Part shown: positions 12,010-23,392 of the stretch, piece after piece
Layout: every line of letters starts with the position of its first letter
How positions within the stretch are numbered: position 1 is the stretch's first letter
Assembly (NCBI RefSeq): GCF_018350175.1
Contig: NC_058368.1
Span: 157,606,001-157,670,000, forward strand
DNA: 64,000 bases
Origin: Felis catus
Taxonomy: Eukaryota
Reading direction: 5' to 3'
The notes under the pieces: model-generated
Database searches by the model: none
The model's input: only the letters and a program-made list of their open reading frames with translations
Told to the model about the DNA's origin: nothing
Position numbers and translations under genes: made by a program

Positions 12010-12437
12010 CTTGCAGACTGCTTAGAATGTTTATGACCCATCAAAATTGATATGTTGAAGCCCTACCTTCATATCATTTGATATGATACTATCATATCAA
12101 ATATGATAGTATTTGGAGGTGGGGCTTTGGGGAGATATTCAGGTTTAGATGAAGTTATACATGTGGGGCTCCCATGATGGAATTAATATCCTTATAAAAA
12201 AAGAAAAAGGTACGAGAGCTCTTTCTCTGTCCATGAACACACAGTTAGGAAAAGCCTCTCTCCATGAACACACATTTCTCAGGCAGCTGTATACAAGCCA
12301 GTAAGAGAGCACTCAAGAAAAATAGAATCTGCCGGCACCTTGATCTTAGACTTCTCAGCTTCCAGAACTGTGAGACATAAATACCTGTTGTTTAAGCCAC
12401 AGATCAGCCTATGGCAGCAGCCTGGCTGTCTAAGACA
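12010..12437 (+). mobile_element. MLT1A/MST-like MaLR solo LTR
   Basis: gtatttggaggtggggc, ggcaccttgatcttagacttc, cagaactgtgaga, tgttgtttaagccac, ends ctaagaca. Confidence 0.85.
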
Positions 12438-12749
12438 TAGGCCTTTTCCAACTTCTCCACTTTTTGGCTTCAATATAAATAGGATAGGGCAATTAAACTT
12501 TAATCAGTATTGAGCATATGGAGGTGATAATTCTCCTATTTCCTTCAGACCTAATACCCTCTTATTTTTCCTGGCAGCATATTTTAAAACAAAATACAAA
12601 AATAGATTATTTTTGGAGATGATATGTTGTAAGCATTTTATTTATCCTTTCCTTTGGCCCTGCCCAGCATTTTTTGTCAACAACCTAGATGAGAACTGTA
12701 ATATAAAGATCTTATTTTTCTTTTCTATGGTATCCTTTCTCCTACAACC

Positions 12750-13172
12750 TGATGACAGTGCCTTGTTTTCCCTGGGAAGTTACCTTTCCCCATTTTCACT
12801 CCTCAGTCCATGTAATTGAAGGAAGGCTTACTTCATCCATAGCTCCAGGAATGAATGTGATATTCAGATGAGGAAATATATCTCCTAACCACACTGATTG
12901 GTTCTGAGATGGACCCATGACTCATTTTAGGCAAATGAGAGATAGGTTTAAGTCTTACTGAGATCATTGGGACAAAGGCTGATTTCCATAAAGAGGAAAA
13001 TGATGCTGAGAGAGTGAGAGTACCCAGCTGAGCTTATTTTTTACCTGGATCCAGTTTGTATCTGAATATCCCCTGGACTTTTTGATCATGTGAGCCAGTA
13101 CATTTCCTCTTTGGCTTAAGTCAGTTTTAATTGAGTCCTTACTAACTGTAACTGAAAGAGTGCTAAATAACA
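12750..13172 (+). mobile_element. MLT1J/K-like LTR
   Basis: ctggactttt..atgtgagccagtacatttcctctttggcttaagtcagttt...tgtaactgaaagagt. Confidence 0.7.
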
Positions 13173-13204
13173 TGATTACCAAATTCACAGACAGTAAGAA
13201 GCTT

Positions 13205-13460
13205 GAAGAGATAGAGAATATATTAGAATATATTACAGAGTCAAAATCCAGAAAAATCTTGGCTAAAAAGAAGAGCAACAACTAATAAGATAAAATGTAG
13301 TAGTGATAAATTTAAAGTCCTATATTTGCTCCAAATCATCAGCTGGACAAAATGAGGGTGAGGCTGACATGGATAAACATGGAAAAGATTTAGTCATTGT
13401 AGTGAATTGGCTGCTCAGTCCCAATTATTGGTGTGAGGAGATGGTCAAGAATATGCGTAG
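13205..13460 (+). mobile_element. L3/CR1 RT fragment
   Basis: Translates RVKIQKNLG*...NKIKCSSDKFKVLYL, like CR1 RIQxDLxRL...NKMKFNxxKCKVLHL. Confidence 0.7.
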
Positions 13461-13479
13461 TCTGTTCCATTAAACTATT

Positions 13480-13640
13480 TACCTATCGTTATACCCATGC
13501 CACATTGAAGCATATTGTCTTTAAAGACTGTACCTATACTGTAAGTGTCAAAAGTTAGGTACTGTGACTCTGCCAGCTTTGTTCTCCTAAACTGTTAGCT
13601 ATTCTATGTTCTTTGCATTTCCATATAAATTGTGTTTTCA
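13480..13640 (-). mobile_element. Old L1 ORF2 fragment
   Basis: ctgccagctttgttctcc...ttgcatttccatataaatt. Confidence 0.55.
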
Positions 13641-13839
13641 TATATATTTCCATATATATTGTGAGTTTCCCCAAATTAAAAAGAATTAATTAAGAATTGC
13701 ATAGCTTTTCAAACTAGTAGGACTAGTGAATTATAAATTGTTTTTAATGCCATTGTCACTTGAACTGGTTAAAAAAATAATACTCATTATACTTTAACAG
13801 TTCTTTGGGAAAATAAGTATTAAATTATGCCAGGTCTTC

Positions 13840-14050
13840 GGAAATGCATACTTAAGATGCAAATGCCTTGTGTTTTTCTCTTTATAAACCAATAATGCAT
13901 AGTACATTTATGGAGAAATACATAAACTACTAACAGTATTTTGCTCTGGGGGAAGGATGGATTGGGTGTCTGGTAGAGAACAGGGATTTACTTTTTTATA
14001 CTCTTGAAATCGTTTAAATTAAAAAAAATCTAATATTTTCAAAATAAAAA
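13840..14050 (+). mobile_element. L1ME-type 3' end
   Basis: tggagaaatacataaactactaacagt...ctctggggg...tttactttttatactc. Confidence 0.5.
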
Positions 14051-14619
14051 TTTAATATACACTATTATTAATGTCTGTTTTACATCTATCTCTAAATAAT
14101 AATTCCTTTGTATGCATGAAATGTGTTCTGATTTATTGTTATGGGTGCTGTTTGTAGTTAATGTCACTGCAGTTTTCCCTCTTTATTTCCTGGCTCACCC
14201 CATCACCTGGACTCTAAGGAACTTTAATCAATCTAGCAGATTCTGTATTTAACAAATTCTTTGATACACCACTTAAGATTTTTATGACTGTTCTTTACTG
14301 TACTTTATTTATCCAGGCCTCACTTGCCTAATCTGTAAAATGTGTTGGGCTAAAGTGTGGTCCAAAGTCTTTGCTGGTCCTGTGAGTTCATAAGTTTGCC
14401 TTCCATTCCATCCCATTCCATTTCATTCATGATCCACATGGACAGTGATGACATAATCGTCAAGACGAGACAAGACACTCATAGAGTGTTCAAGCTGCCC
14501 AAAAGTTTTGCCTGCTCTTTGCTACTCCTTAGACTTGTGATTCATAGTGCTCGTTTTAGAACATTCAGGATGTCTGTAGTTGCCCACAGGTGGGACAGAT
14601 TGAATCATTGGCCTCTCTC

Positions 14620-14960
14620 TGCATCTGCACTTCTGTCATGGCTTCATTGTGGGCAGAGTGTACTTCCTCAATCTTTAACTTGCTTTGGCTAATGACATAT
14701 GGGCAGCAGTTGTGTCATTTTTCAGCCTAAGACTTAAGAGGCCTTATATGTCTCCACTAGTCATCTTGTGCTTCTGTTTCTGCTGGTTCAAGGAGAATTA
14801 GATACATGGGGAGCAGACTTACAGATCTGAGAAGCAGAGCCTCTAGATGGAGTCCAGCTTGGATCAGCTTAGCTGACCTGTAGATCTTCAAAAATAAATA
14901 CTTGTTAAGTCTTGGTGTTGTCTGTGACACAGCATTTTTGGGATGCCTAGCTTATACAAC
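14620..14960 (+). mobile_element. MLT1H/I-like LTR
   Basis: acttgctttggctaatg, cttaagaggc, aataaatacttg, cacagcatt terminus. Confidence 0.65.
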
Positions 14961-14984
14961 AGGTACCATTGACTTCTATCAAGA

Positions 14985-15510
14985 TGTATTTTGAAATAGA
15001 AAACACATTCACATGGCTCAATAATAAAAATATAAAAAGGCATACAGTGAAATGTTTTGCTCCATGCCCTGTTCCCTACTCACCTGGGTCCCATCCAATG
15101 TCCCACCACTGCAAGTTGCCCACTTTATTGGTTTCTTTTGTATCCTTCTCAAGTTTCTTTATGTAAATGCAGTTAGACATGCATATACAATCTTGGCTCC
15201 CATTCCTGCCATTTTATACAGTTTTATGCTTTGCTTTTTTCATCTGATATATCTTAGATATATTTGTGTATCCGTGTATAGAAAGCTTCCTTATTCCTTT
15301 TTACAGCTGTATTGTATATCATAATAAAAGAGAATACAGTCTTCTATTGATGGTCACTTGTTTTCTATATTTTACTGCAATGTAAGTGTATCTGTGGGAT
15401 AAATTCTCAAGAAAAAGATGTATACAGATGGAATAGCTACTGCCAGTGTCCTTCATAGAGGAACAAAAATATTTGTATTGGTAAGAGATATTGTAAATAT
15501 CTAACAGCAT
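14985..15510 (-). mobile_element. L1ME-type 3' region
   Basis: ttttgaaatagaaaacacattcacatgg...ctattgatggtcacttg. Confidence 0.6.
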
Positions 15511-15639
15511 TTTCCTTTAATCTGCAGGACCAGTATAATATTTCACACAGGAAGCCATCCCACTGACATTCCAGGAGGACATGAAATGATATTTTCAGAT
15601 AGCTGATGCCTATATACCAGGAAGTTCCCAGCATTTTAT

Positions 15640-15790
15640 AGGTATCAGCTTCTTAAAGCTCACAACATTCTGTGAGGTACTGTCACTGCCCTCATCTTAA
15701 AGACGAGGAGATTGATGTGGAGGTAAGCTGAGGGACTTGCCTGATTTCTTCATTCAGTGGAAAGTAGTGGAGCTAGGATTCTAACTTATG
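15640..15790 (-). mobile_element. MIR
   Basis: ctcacaacattctgtgaggtac...gacgaggagattga...agtggagctaggatt. Confidence 0.6.
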
Positions 15791-16016
15791 TACACTTACC
15801 TAGGCTAAGACAGTTAAACCATAACTTCTCTAAAATTACTTTTAAAATAATAGTATAATGAAACTAATATTAGTATAATATCCTAAAATATTTTTTCTGA
15901 ATGTCCTGTTTTGATGATAGCTTTCATTAATATATAAATATTAATATATATAAAAATATATATAATATATAAATATAAAATATATAAATATATAAATGAT
16001 ATAAAATAATTTATGA

Positions 16017-16018
<2 letters not shown>

Positions 16019-16049
<31 letters not shown>
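16019..16049 (+). repeat. (TG)n microsatellite preceded by AT-rich low complexity (15927-16010)
   Basis: Seen directly. Confidence 0.95.
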
Positions 16050-16051
<2 letters not shown>

Positions 16052-16142
16052 TTGTACCTATGGAAATCTGGTGAATTTCCACTTATAAACCTGAAGATGT
16101 ATTAAAATATGTAAGTAATCGTTATCAACTGGACTCACTTTA

Positions 16143-16389
16143 TCTATGTATGTATGTATGTGTGTATTTATTTATTTATTTATTTATTTTAGTTTATTTA
16201 TTGTGAGAGTGCACATGCATGTGAGTGGGGGAGGGGCAAAGAGAGAGAGGGAGGAGAGAGAATTTCAAGCAGGCTCCATACTGTCAGCATAGGGCCCAAT
16301 GCCCGATGTGGGCCTCAAACTCCTGAACCATGAGATCATGACCTGAACCAAAATTAAGACACTTAACTGACTGAGCCACCCAGGGGCCC
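16143..16389 (-). mobile_element. Can-SINE with (TATG)/(TTTA) tail
   Basis: TSD ctggactcacttta at 16129-16142 and 16394-16407. Confidence 0.93.
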
Positions 16390-16431
16390 TGACCTGGACT
16401 CACTTTAAAAATTCAGTTATATGATTTCTGG

Positions 16432-16577
16432 TTTCGAGTCCCACGTTGAGCTCTGTGCTAATAGCTCAGAGCCTGGAATGTGCTTTGGATCCTGTGTCTC
16501 CCTCTCTCTTTGCCCCTGCCCCGCTCACACTCTGTCTCTATCCCTCAATAATAAATGTTAAAGAAAAATTAAAAAAA
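16432..16577 (+). mobile_element. 5'-truncated Can-SINE
   Basis: Starts mid-element at ttcgagtcccacgttgagctctgtgc; A-rich tail. Confidence 0.88.
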
Positions 16578-16639
16578 TTCTGAAGTTATAATTATTGGTT
16601 GCATTTTTAGAAAATGTGTTTTTTAAAATAGGTTTTGGA

Positions 16640-16873
16640 GGGGCGCCTGGGTGGCTTGGTCGGTTAAGCGTCTGACTTCGGCTCAGGTCATGATCTCACA
16701 GTCCGTGAGTTCGAGCCCCACATCGGGCTCTGTGCTGACAGCTCAGAGCCTGGAGCCTGTTTCAGATTCTGTGTCTCCCTCTCTCTCTGCTCCTCCCCTG
16801 TTCATGCTCTGTCTCTCTCTGTCTCAAAAATAAATAAACGTTAAAAAAAAAAAAAAAAAAAATAAAATAAAAT
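16640..16873 (+). mobile_element. Can-SINE (young, long A tail)
   Basis: Perfect TSD aaaataggttttgga at 16625-16639 and 16874-16888. Confidence 0.97.
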
Positions 16874-16964
16874 AAAATAGGTTTTGGAAAATGTGTAAAA
16901 GTGCCTGAAATCTAAGTAGATAACAAAGCTTTCCCACAATTAAAAATATCACCTCTAATATATA

Positions 16965-17290
16965 TTCATTTAATATTCATATCACTCCTGTGAATTATAG
17001 GTATTAATATTCTTATTTTACAGATGAAGAAACTGAAGCTTAGAGAAAAGGGTTGACTCAGTATGACCCAGATAGTGAGGATGATGATGGCACTGAGTAA
17101 CATGTACTGAATATTTACTATATGCCAAGCACATTACTAGATCCACTTTACATGGACCTATTTAATCTTCACAAGAATTCTATGAGCAGTTACTCCTACA
17201 TCTTTACAAATGATAAAATAGGATTTAAAGAAATTTAGAATCTTTCTCAAGGCCATATAGCTAGGAAGTGATAGTGTTGGGAATTTAATT
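16965..17290 (-). mobile_element. Two tandem MIR fragments
   Basis: ttttacagatgaagaaactgaagct core; second copy tatatgccaagcac...tttaatcttcacaag. Confidence 0.7.
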
Positions 17291-17292
17291 CA

Positions 17293-17666
17293 GGTTAACT
17301 GTCAACTTGGCTAGGCTATAGGCCCCACTGTAATAGTGAAACGCTAGTGTAGGTGTTGCTGTGAAGGTATTTTATAGATGTGATTAAAGTCCATAATCAG
17401 ATGACTTTAAGTAAGGAAGATTATCCTAGATAATTTACAGGGGCCTAACTCACTCAGTTGTAAGGCCAGAAGAGCAAAGCTAAGCTTCCCTGAAGAAGAA
17501 ATCCTGCCTGTGGACTGTGGCTTCAGCTGCCTGAGACTTCCAGCCTGCCCTCCCTGGTGGTCTGTCCGGTGGATTGCAGACTTGCCTAGCCATTCGCCAG
17601 CTTTTTGCAATAAATCTTTTAATATGAATTTCCTACCAGTTGTTTCTCTGGTTGAACACTGATACA
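17293..17666 (+). mobile_element. MLT2 (ERVL) solo LTR inserted in MIR
   Basis: tgtcaacttggctaggctata, ggtgttgctgtgaaggtattt, gtttctctggttgaacactgataca. Confidence 0.85.
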
Positions 17667-18020
17667 TTTGTCTAAGTCCAAAGCTCAAAGGCTTGCCAGA
17701 ATGCAATACTCATTCTTTTTATACAACAAATTAGAAATTTGAAACTAAGTCGGGAGCTCTATGCTGCATATGCATCTGAACCACACATTACACTTCTCAT
17801 ACTCTGTCTCATATTATGAGCTTTATATTTTTTACCCTCCAACTTGGTAAGCATTTTGAAGGCAGACACCAGGTTTTACTTATTTTTTCTTGTACTATGT
17901 AACATGCACACAGGACCCACATCTTGGTTGTCAAAATGATATCTGTCATACCTGCATGAAGCTATGTCATTCACCTTCCTGCTTTTGTACTCTCTCAAGT
18001 TTGGGAGCCACCATTATTTC

Positions 18021-18228
18021 CTTTTTTTTTTTTTAATGTTTATTTATTATTGAGAGACAGAGTGCATGAGCATGGGAGGGGCAGAGAGAGGAGGAGAACA
18101 GAATCTAAAGGAGGCTCCAGGTTCTGAGCTGTCAGCGCATAGCCTGACGTGAGGCTCAAACCCATAAACTGTGAAATCGTGACCTGAGCCGAAGTGGGAC
18201 ACTTAACCGACTAAGCTACCCAGGGCCC
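18021..18228 (-). mobile_element. Can-SINE
   Basis: TSD agccacc(a/g)ttatttc at 18006-18020 and 18232-18246. Confidence 0.95.
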
Positions 18229-19681
18229 TGCAGCCACCGTTATTTCTAAGTTTTCTTTTACCTTTCTATTTTAATTCTTAACTTAGGGAGCTTAGAATTT
18301 TAGTCAGTATTGTTGTCCCCTGTTTTATCAATTATTAGAGATTTTCCTGGGTGATTTAAAACCTTAGTGGGAGAAAGGGAGAAACACTCTGTCAGAGTGT
18401 TGGTGGTGATTTCATTTAACTGTTTAACTTCTGCTGCAGTCCTTCCAGGTCTGGGCTTCTGATAAATATTGACAAGTAAAATTCAGAACCGTTCAATTCC
18501 CCAATGAGTACAGTTGGAATGGAAGGAACATGTTCCTTACTATAGATAAGCCCTGATTCTAAGGTCAAAATGTTATCTTATGGGTTGATTAAGTGATCGG
18601 TCCAAAAGACACATATCTGTTTTTCTCTTTCTCTATTTGTATTTTGCTTCTTAAGTAAGATCTCTCTTTAACATTTTCTCATGTCATTTAATCTCAAAGT
18701 ACATGATACATCCTTTACTAAGAGAAGAGTCTTCCTCAGACCTTTTTATAACTTGGCAGGCAGATTTTCAGTTGTAATAAATTCCAGTTTAACTTTTATA
18801 TACTATGATGACATTTCTTTCATAGTTCTTAAATATATGATTCATATTTAAAACAATTAGTAGTTATGTTACATTTGTTATTAGTATCATAAATCAGTAA
18901 ATCTTTGTTTTGGGGCACCAGTGTATGTCTGTTGCCATTGTAAAGACTAAGAAAACAAGATATAAAAATAGTAGGTCCTCTCTAAGCATTTACTTCAGTC
19001 ATAATCAGAATTAAGACTAGAACTTAAATTTTTTGACGTTAGAGACTGAGAAATTTTTTTAGATGGATCACAGACTATGTGAGCAAAGCCACAAAAGGTG
19101 GAATATGTCTCACTTTCCTAAGGTTGCAAAAATTTATATTAAAATTTAGAAAGCATAGATTCATTTTATATGGAAAGTAAAACCACATGCATCTTATTTT
19201 GAGAAATCCTAAGGCCAATATAAAAGCTGAGATAGTTATTTAAATTTACTCCAGGTGATTTAGCTGCTGGTAGCATGTTGTGTTGCTTACTTTGTCCTGT
19301 TTTCCTGTGGAAAACATAGATATCTATCTACATAATCCCCTTGCTATTCCTTCTTTTCCTCTGAAAGAATTTTGTAAGGAATAATTTCGTACATTGAAGT
19401 CATGCAGGAAATATGTAAACATCCAACATGCTTTTACAAATCTGTAAAGTATAAAGTTGAACACATTGAACTTTTCCCAATATAGGCTACTAAGGAAAGT
19501 ATGCAGAAAAACTATTTTGCAGTATAAACCAGGAAAGCCCAATGCAAACAATCAAAAGAACAAAGTAGGAATCAGACCTCATTTGTTTTCTTCCAAGTAT
19601 AAATTACTTGGTTAGATTAAATAGCATAGACATGGTGCCAGGGATGTCAGTGGTTATTATTGTTGAACATACAATTCTGTT

Positions 19682-19962
19682 TTAATTCTGTTTTCTGTTT
19701 TCTTTTTTGTCTTCCTTCTTTTCTTTTCTTTTCTTTTCTTTTCTTTTCTTTTCTTTTCTTTTCTTTTCTTTTCTTTTCTTTTCTTTTCTTTTCTTTTCTT
19801 TTCTTTTCTTTTCTTTTCTTTTCTTTTCTTTCAGAGTGTGTGTGTGTGTATGAACAGGGAAAGGCAGAGAACCCCAAGCGGGTTTCAATTCCATGATCCT
19901 GAGATCATGACCTGAGCCAAATCAAGAGTCGGACACTCGACTAACAGCCACTCTGGCGTCTC
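19682..19962 (-). mobile_element. Internally shortened Can-SINE with a (TTTTC)n tail
   Basis: SINE body 19832-19962; TSD acaattctgtt at 19671-19681 and 19963-19973 brackets the microsatellite. Confidence 0.85.
19719..19831 (+). repeat. (TTTTC)n, about 22 units
   Basis: Seen directly. Confidence 0.97.
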
Positions 19963-20500
19963 ACAATTCTGTTCTTAAAGCAGTTCTATTTGTGCAATTC
20001 CTTAGGCAATGCAAAAGGGTCATTAAGTAAATAAAAATGACTGTTCTGCATTGCTCCCATTGGTATTAAACATATGTGTTAATCCCACGACTCGTACAAA
20101 AGGCAAGTTTGCCTTGAAACTATATAATTTCCCCAACGTGGCAACATTTAAGGAAGATGTTAAAAAACACTTCTGCAAGGGGAGCACAAAACTCTTTAAA
20201 GGATGTCCTCCCCTAATCACTCTCTCTGAATCTTGAGTGACAAAATGACTGAAAAAAATTGGAATGGAATCATTGTAGCAGCAAAATCCTGAAGAAGGGA
20301 AAAAGTCATTAGTTTCTGCTATTTGCACCCCTTGAACTGTCTGACTCCTGATCTTCTCCAAGGCTTCTGGGGCTATTCCATACCCAGAAATTTATTTTCT
20401 ACTCTAGTCCATTTCTATTGCTTATCACTAAAAAACTTCTACATAATAAACTTTTGTGCTTTATGTTTTACAGTGAGCCTTAACCTAAATAGACATTTTA

Positions 20501-20723
20501 TTTTTTATTTTTTTTTCAACATTTTTTATTTATTTTTGGGACAGAGAGAGACAGAGCATGAACGGGGGAGGGGCAGAGAGAGAGGGAGACACAGAATCGG
20601 AAACAGGCTCCAGGCTCTGAGCCATCAGCCCAGAGCCTGACGCGGGGCTCAAACTCACGGACCGCGGAGATCGTGACCTGGCTGAAGTCGGACGCCCAAC
20701 TGACTGCGCCACCCAGGCGCCCC
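20501..20723 (-). mobile_element. Can-SINE (young Felis-type SINEC)
   Basis: Perfect 16-bp TSD ctaaatagacatttta at 20485-20500 and 20724-20739; CpG-rich. Confidence 0.97.
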
Positions 20724-20899
20724 CTAAATAGACATTTTAAATGCTAGTTTTTTAAATATATTGAATAAGAAGATACATTTTTTTAGAATAGAACTTTAAT
20801 GATTTTGAGTAAAGACAATTTCTAAAATAGACTGCCATTTATTGAGCATGTGTGTGTGTGTATAGTTATTTTAAAATATATATGTATAAAATTTTGTTA

Positions 20900-21030
20900 T
20901 TACAATGACTTAGTGAGTAAGCTTACTATCCCTGTTTTGTATATGAAGAAACTGAAGCCTAATGTTGGTTAATTTGGCCACATACCTGGAAAGTGGTGGG
21001 GGTAATATTTATAAACAGATCTGGTTGATT
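20900..21030 (-). mobile_element. MIR
   Basis: ttttgtatatgaagaaactgaagc core. Confidence 0.6.
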
Positions 21031-21382
21031 TAACCATTATTAGAAATAATATTGTTTCCAATATCAGAAATAATATTATTTTTTAGATTCACTTCTAAGC
21101 CAGTACCTGCTTGGAAATTAGGTATATCCTCTTTTTCATTAGGGCACTGAGAACAAAGCAGAATAAATGTTAATAAAAATAAGCAGCAGACTTAGAATAC
21201 ATCTCCAAAGTGACAATGGTTATAAATATCAGTCCTCTAGTCTGGTGCCATTGCTACATTTTTTTCACATTCTGTTTTCAAAAGAGAGATACTTAATGTG
21301 GTTAATCTAGATAATACTAAGGTTAGTCATAAGTTTATATTTAAAATTTTGCGATGTAGATTTTAACTGAATTAGAATTTTA

Positions 21383-21600
21383 GGGGGTGCCTGTATGGCT
21401 CAGTTAGTTAGGTGACCGATTTCGGCTCAGGTGATGATTTCATGGAGTTAGAGTTGGAGCTCTGAGTCAGGCTCTGTGCTGACAGCTCAGAGCCTTGAGT
21501 CTGCTTCAGATTCTGTGTCTCCCTCTCTCTGCTCCTCCGCTGCTCACACTCTGTCTCTCTCTCTCTCAAAAATAAATAAATAAAAATATTAAAAAAATGT
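21383..21600 (+). mobile_element. Can-SINE
   Basis: gggggtgcctgtatggctcag head through the A tail. Confidence 0.92.
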
Positions 21601-21666
21601 TTTAAAAGACATTTTAATGTTTCATCACAGAGTTCATCACACTCTTAAAAAAATGAAAAAGAAAGG

Positions 21667-21768
21667 GGGGTTGACGCCTGGGTGGCTCAGTTGGTTAAAC
21701 TTCCTGGAGCCTGCTTTGGATTCTGTGTGTGTGTGTCTCTCTCTCAATAAATAAACATTAAAAAAAAA
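21667..21768 (+). mobile_element. Internally deleted Can-SINE
   Basis: cgcctgggtggctcagttggttaa jumps directly to cctggagcctgctttggattc. Confidence 0.85.
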
Positions 21769-21899
21769 TAGAATTTCATTTCCTATTCTGTTATAATCTA
21801 GTACTTTTTTTCCTGTTTCTTTATATTAACTGTCACAAATCTAGGATGTATATCATCTAATACAGAGCAGGGGAGTAGTGAGATTGCTCAACTAAGAAT

Positions 21900-22137
21900 A
21901 ATTTTTTTTAATGTTTTTTAATTTATTTTTTGATGATTATTTTTGATGTTTTTAAACTTTTTTTTATAAGAAAGAACATAAGTGGGGAAGCGGCAGAGAA
22001 AGGGGGACAGAGGATCTGAAGCCAGTTCTGCGGTGACAGGCTGACATCATTGAGCCTGATGTGGAGCTCGAGATCACAGACCATGAGATCATGGTCTGAG
22101 CTGAAGTTGGATGCTCGACTGAGCCTCCCAGGTGCCC
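21900..22137 (-). mobile_element. Can-SINE
   Basis: TSD ctcaactaagaat at 21887-21899 and 22138-22150. Confidence 0.93.
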
Positions 22138-22964
22138 CTCAACTAAGAATCATTAACTTTAGGATCATAGAAGGAATGGAGACAGCTTGGTCAGTATAAC
22201 TGCATGCTTTCATAAATTTCTAAACACTTTATGATGAAAAATTAATAGACATGATGAAACTTTTTCTACATGAAAGAATAGTTAAAACAAATTATAGATG
22301 CCTCTCAGTATTTGGGATTCTAATAGAATCCAGGAAACAAGATTTGTGCCTAAAGAGCATCCTTGTTCAGTTGTTTCAAGCTGGTATTATTTAAAGAACT
22401 TTGTTGGTCAGCGTTTTCCATTTTTCACACTTCAATTTGTTTTTAAAGTTTGTGCAAAGTTTTCTAGGAAATGTTACTTCATCTTAAAAGAATTACTGAC
22501 TTTCAATTACTTTGAATGATCTAATTAAGTATAATTATACCAGGATGTCTAAACCTAAACACTGTTGAAATGAAATGCCTAAATGTGTGTAATATTGTCA
22601 AAGATTATGGATTCATATAACAAGAAAAATCTTATTTCTATTGCAAAATTTATTTGTGAAAAAAATTGAGGCAGAATCGTGAGACCTTGCCTGTAGTTCA
22701 AATAAAACTACATATTTAACATGCGGGGTGGGCGGGGGGGGGGGGAAGTATAGAAAAGGCATCTAAGTACAGTGGTCCCCATGTATACATAGCCAAGCAT
22801 GGGGGACCGCTATGTTTTGGTTTTCTTCAGGAAACCTCCCAAGTTTAAGGGTGGTTCTTAGAACCATGCTTGTCCAACATGAACAGGCTTATCTATTCAT
22901 GACTCCTTCTCTTAATTCACAAAATATAACTTCATTTGGAGGGAATAGGGATGGAATAAGGCCC

Positions 22965-23392
22965 TCTGTCAGTCTGGGTTCTTCAGAGAAACAGAACCAA
23001 TATGTATTATATATATTACATATAATATATACATATACTCACATACATACATACATACATATACAAAGAGATTTCTTTTAAGACACTGGCTTGGGACGCT
23101 GTGGGACTTGACAAGTGTAAAATCTGTGGGGCAGGCAGGTCCAGAGGCTGGAAATTCAGTCTTGAGGCAAAATTCCTTCTTTTCTAGGAAACCTCAGTTT
23201 TTGCTCCCAAGGCCTTCACTTGATCGATGACTCCCATTCACATTATTGAGTGTAATCTCCTTTACTTAAAGTCAATTGATTGTAGATATTAACCACATCT
23301 ACAAAAATGCTTTCACAGCAACACCTAGATTAGTGTTTGATTAAATAACTGGGTACTATAGTGTAGCAAAGCTGACACATAAACCAATCATC
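22965..23392 (-). mobile_element. MLT2 (ERVL) solo LTR
   Basis: ggttcttcagagaaacagaaccaata start; ttcacagcaacacctagattagtgtttga; gctgacacataaa end. Confidence 0.85.

Noticed and set aside
16640..16720. tRNA gene-like A/B boxes
   Set aside because: tRNA-derived SINE head; continues into the SINE body and A tail, with no full cloverleaf.
16651..16833. Recurrent MAQSV.../MAWSV... ORF family (also 9042, 20530, 32019, 48100, 55492)
   Set aside because: These are translations of Can-SINE copies, not a gene family.
19647..19896. KEKKR-repeat and F/S-rich ORFs (also 51669-51935)
   Set aside because: Artefacts of pentanucleotide microsatellites.
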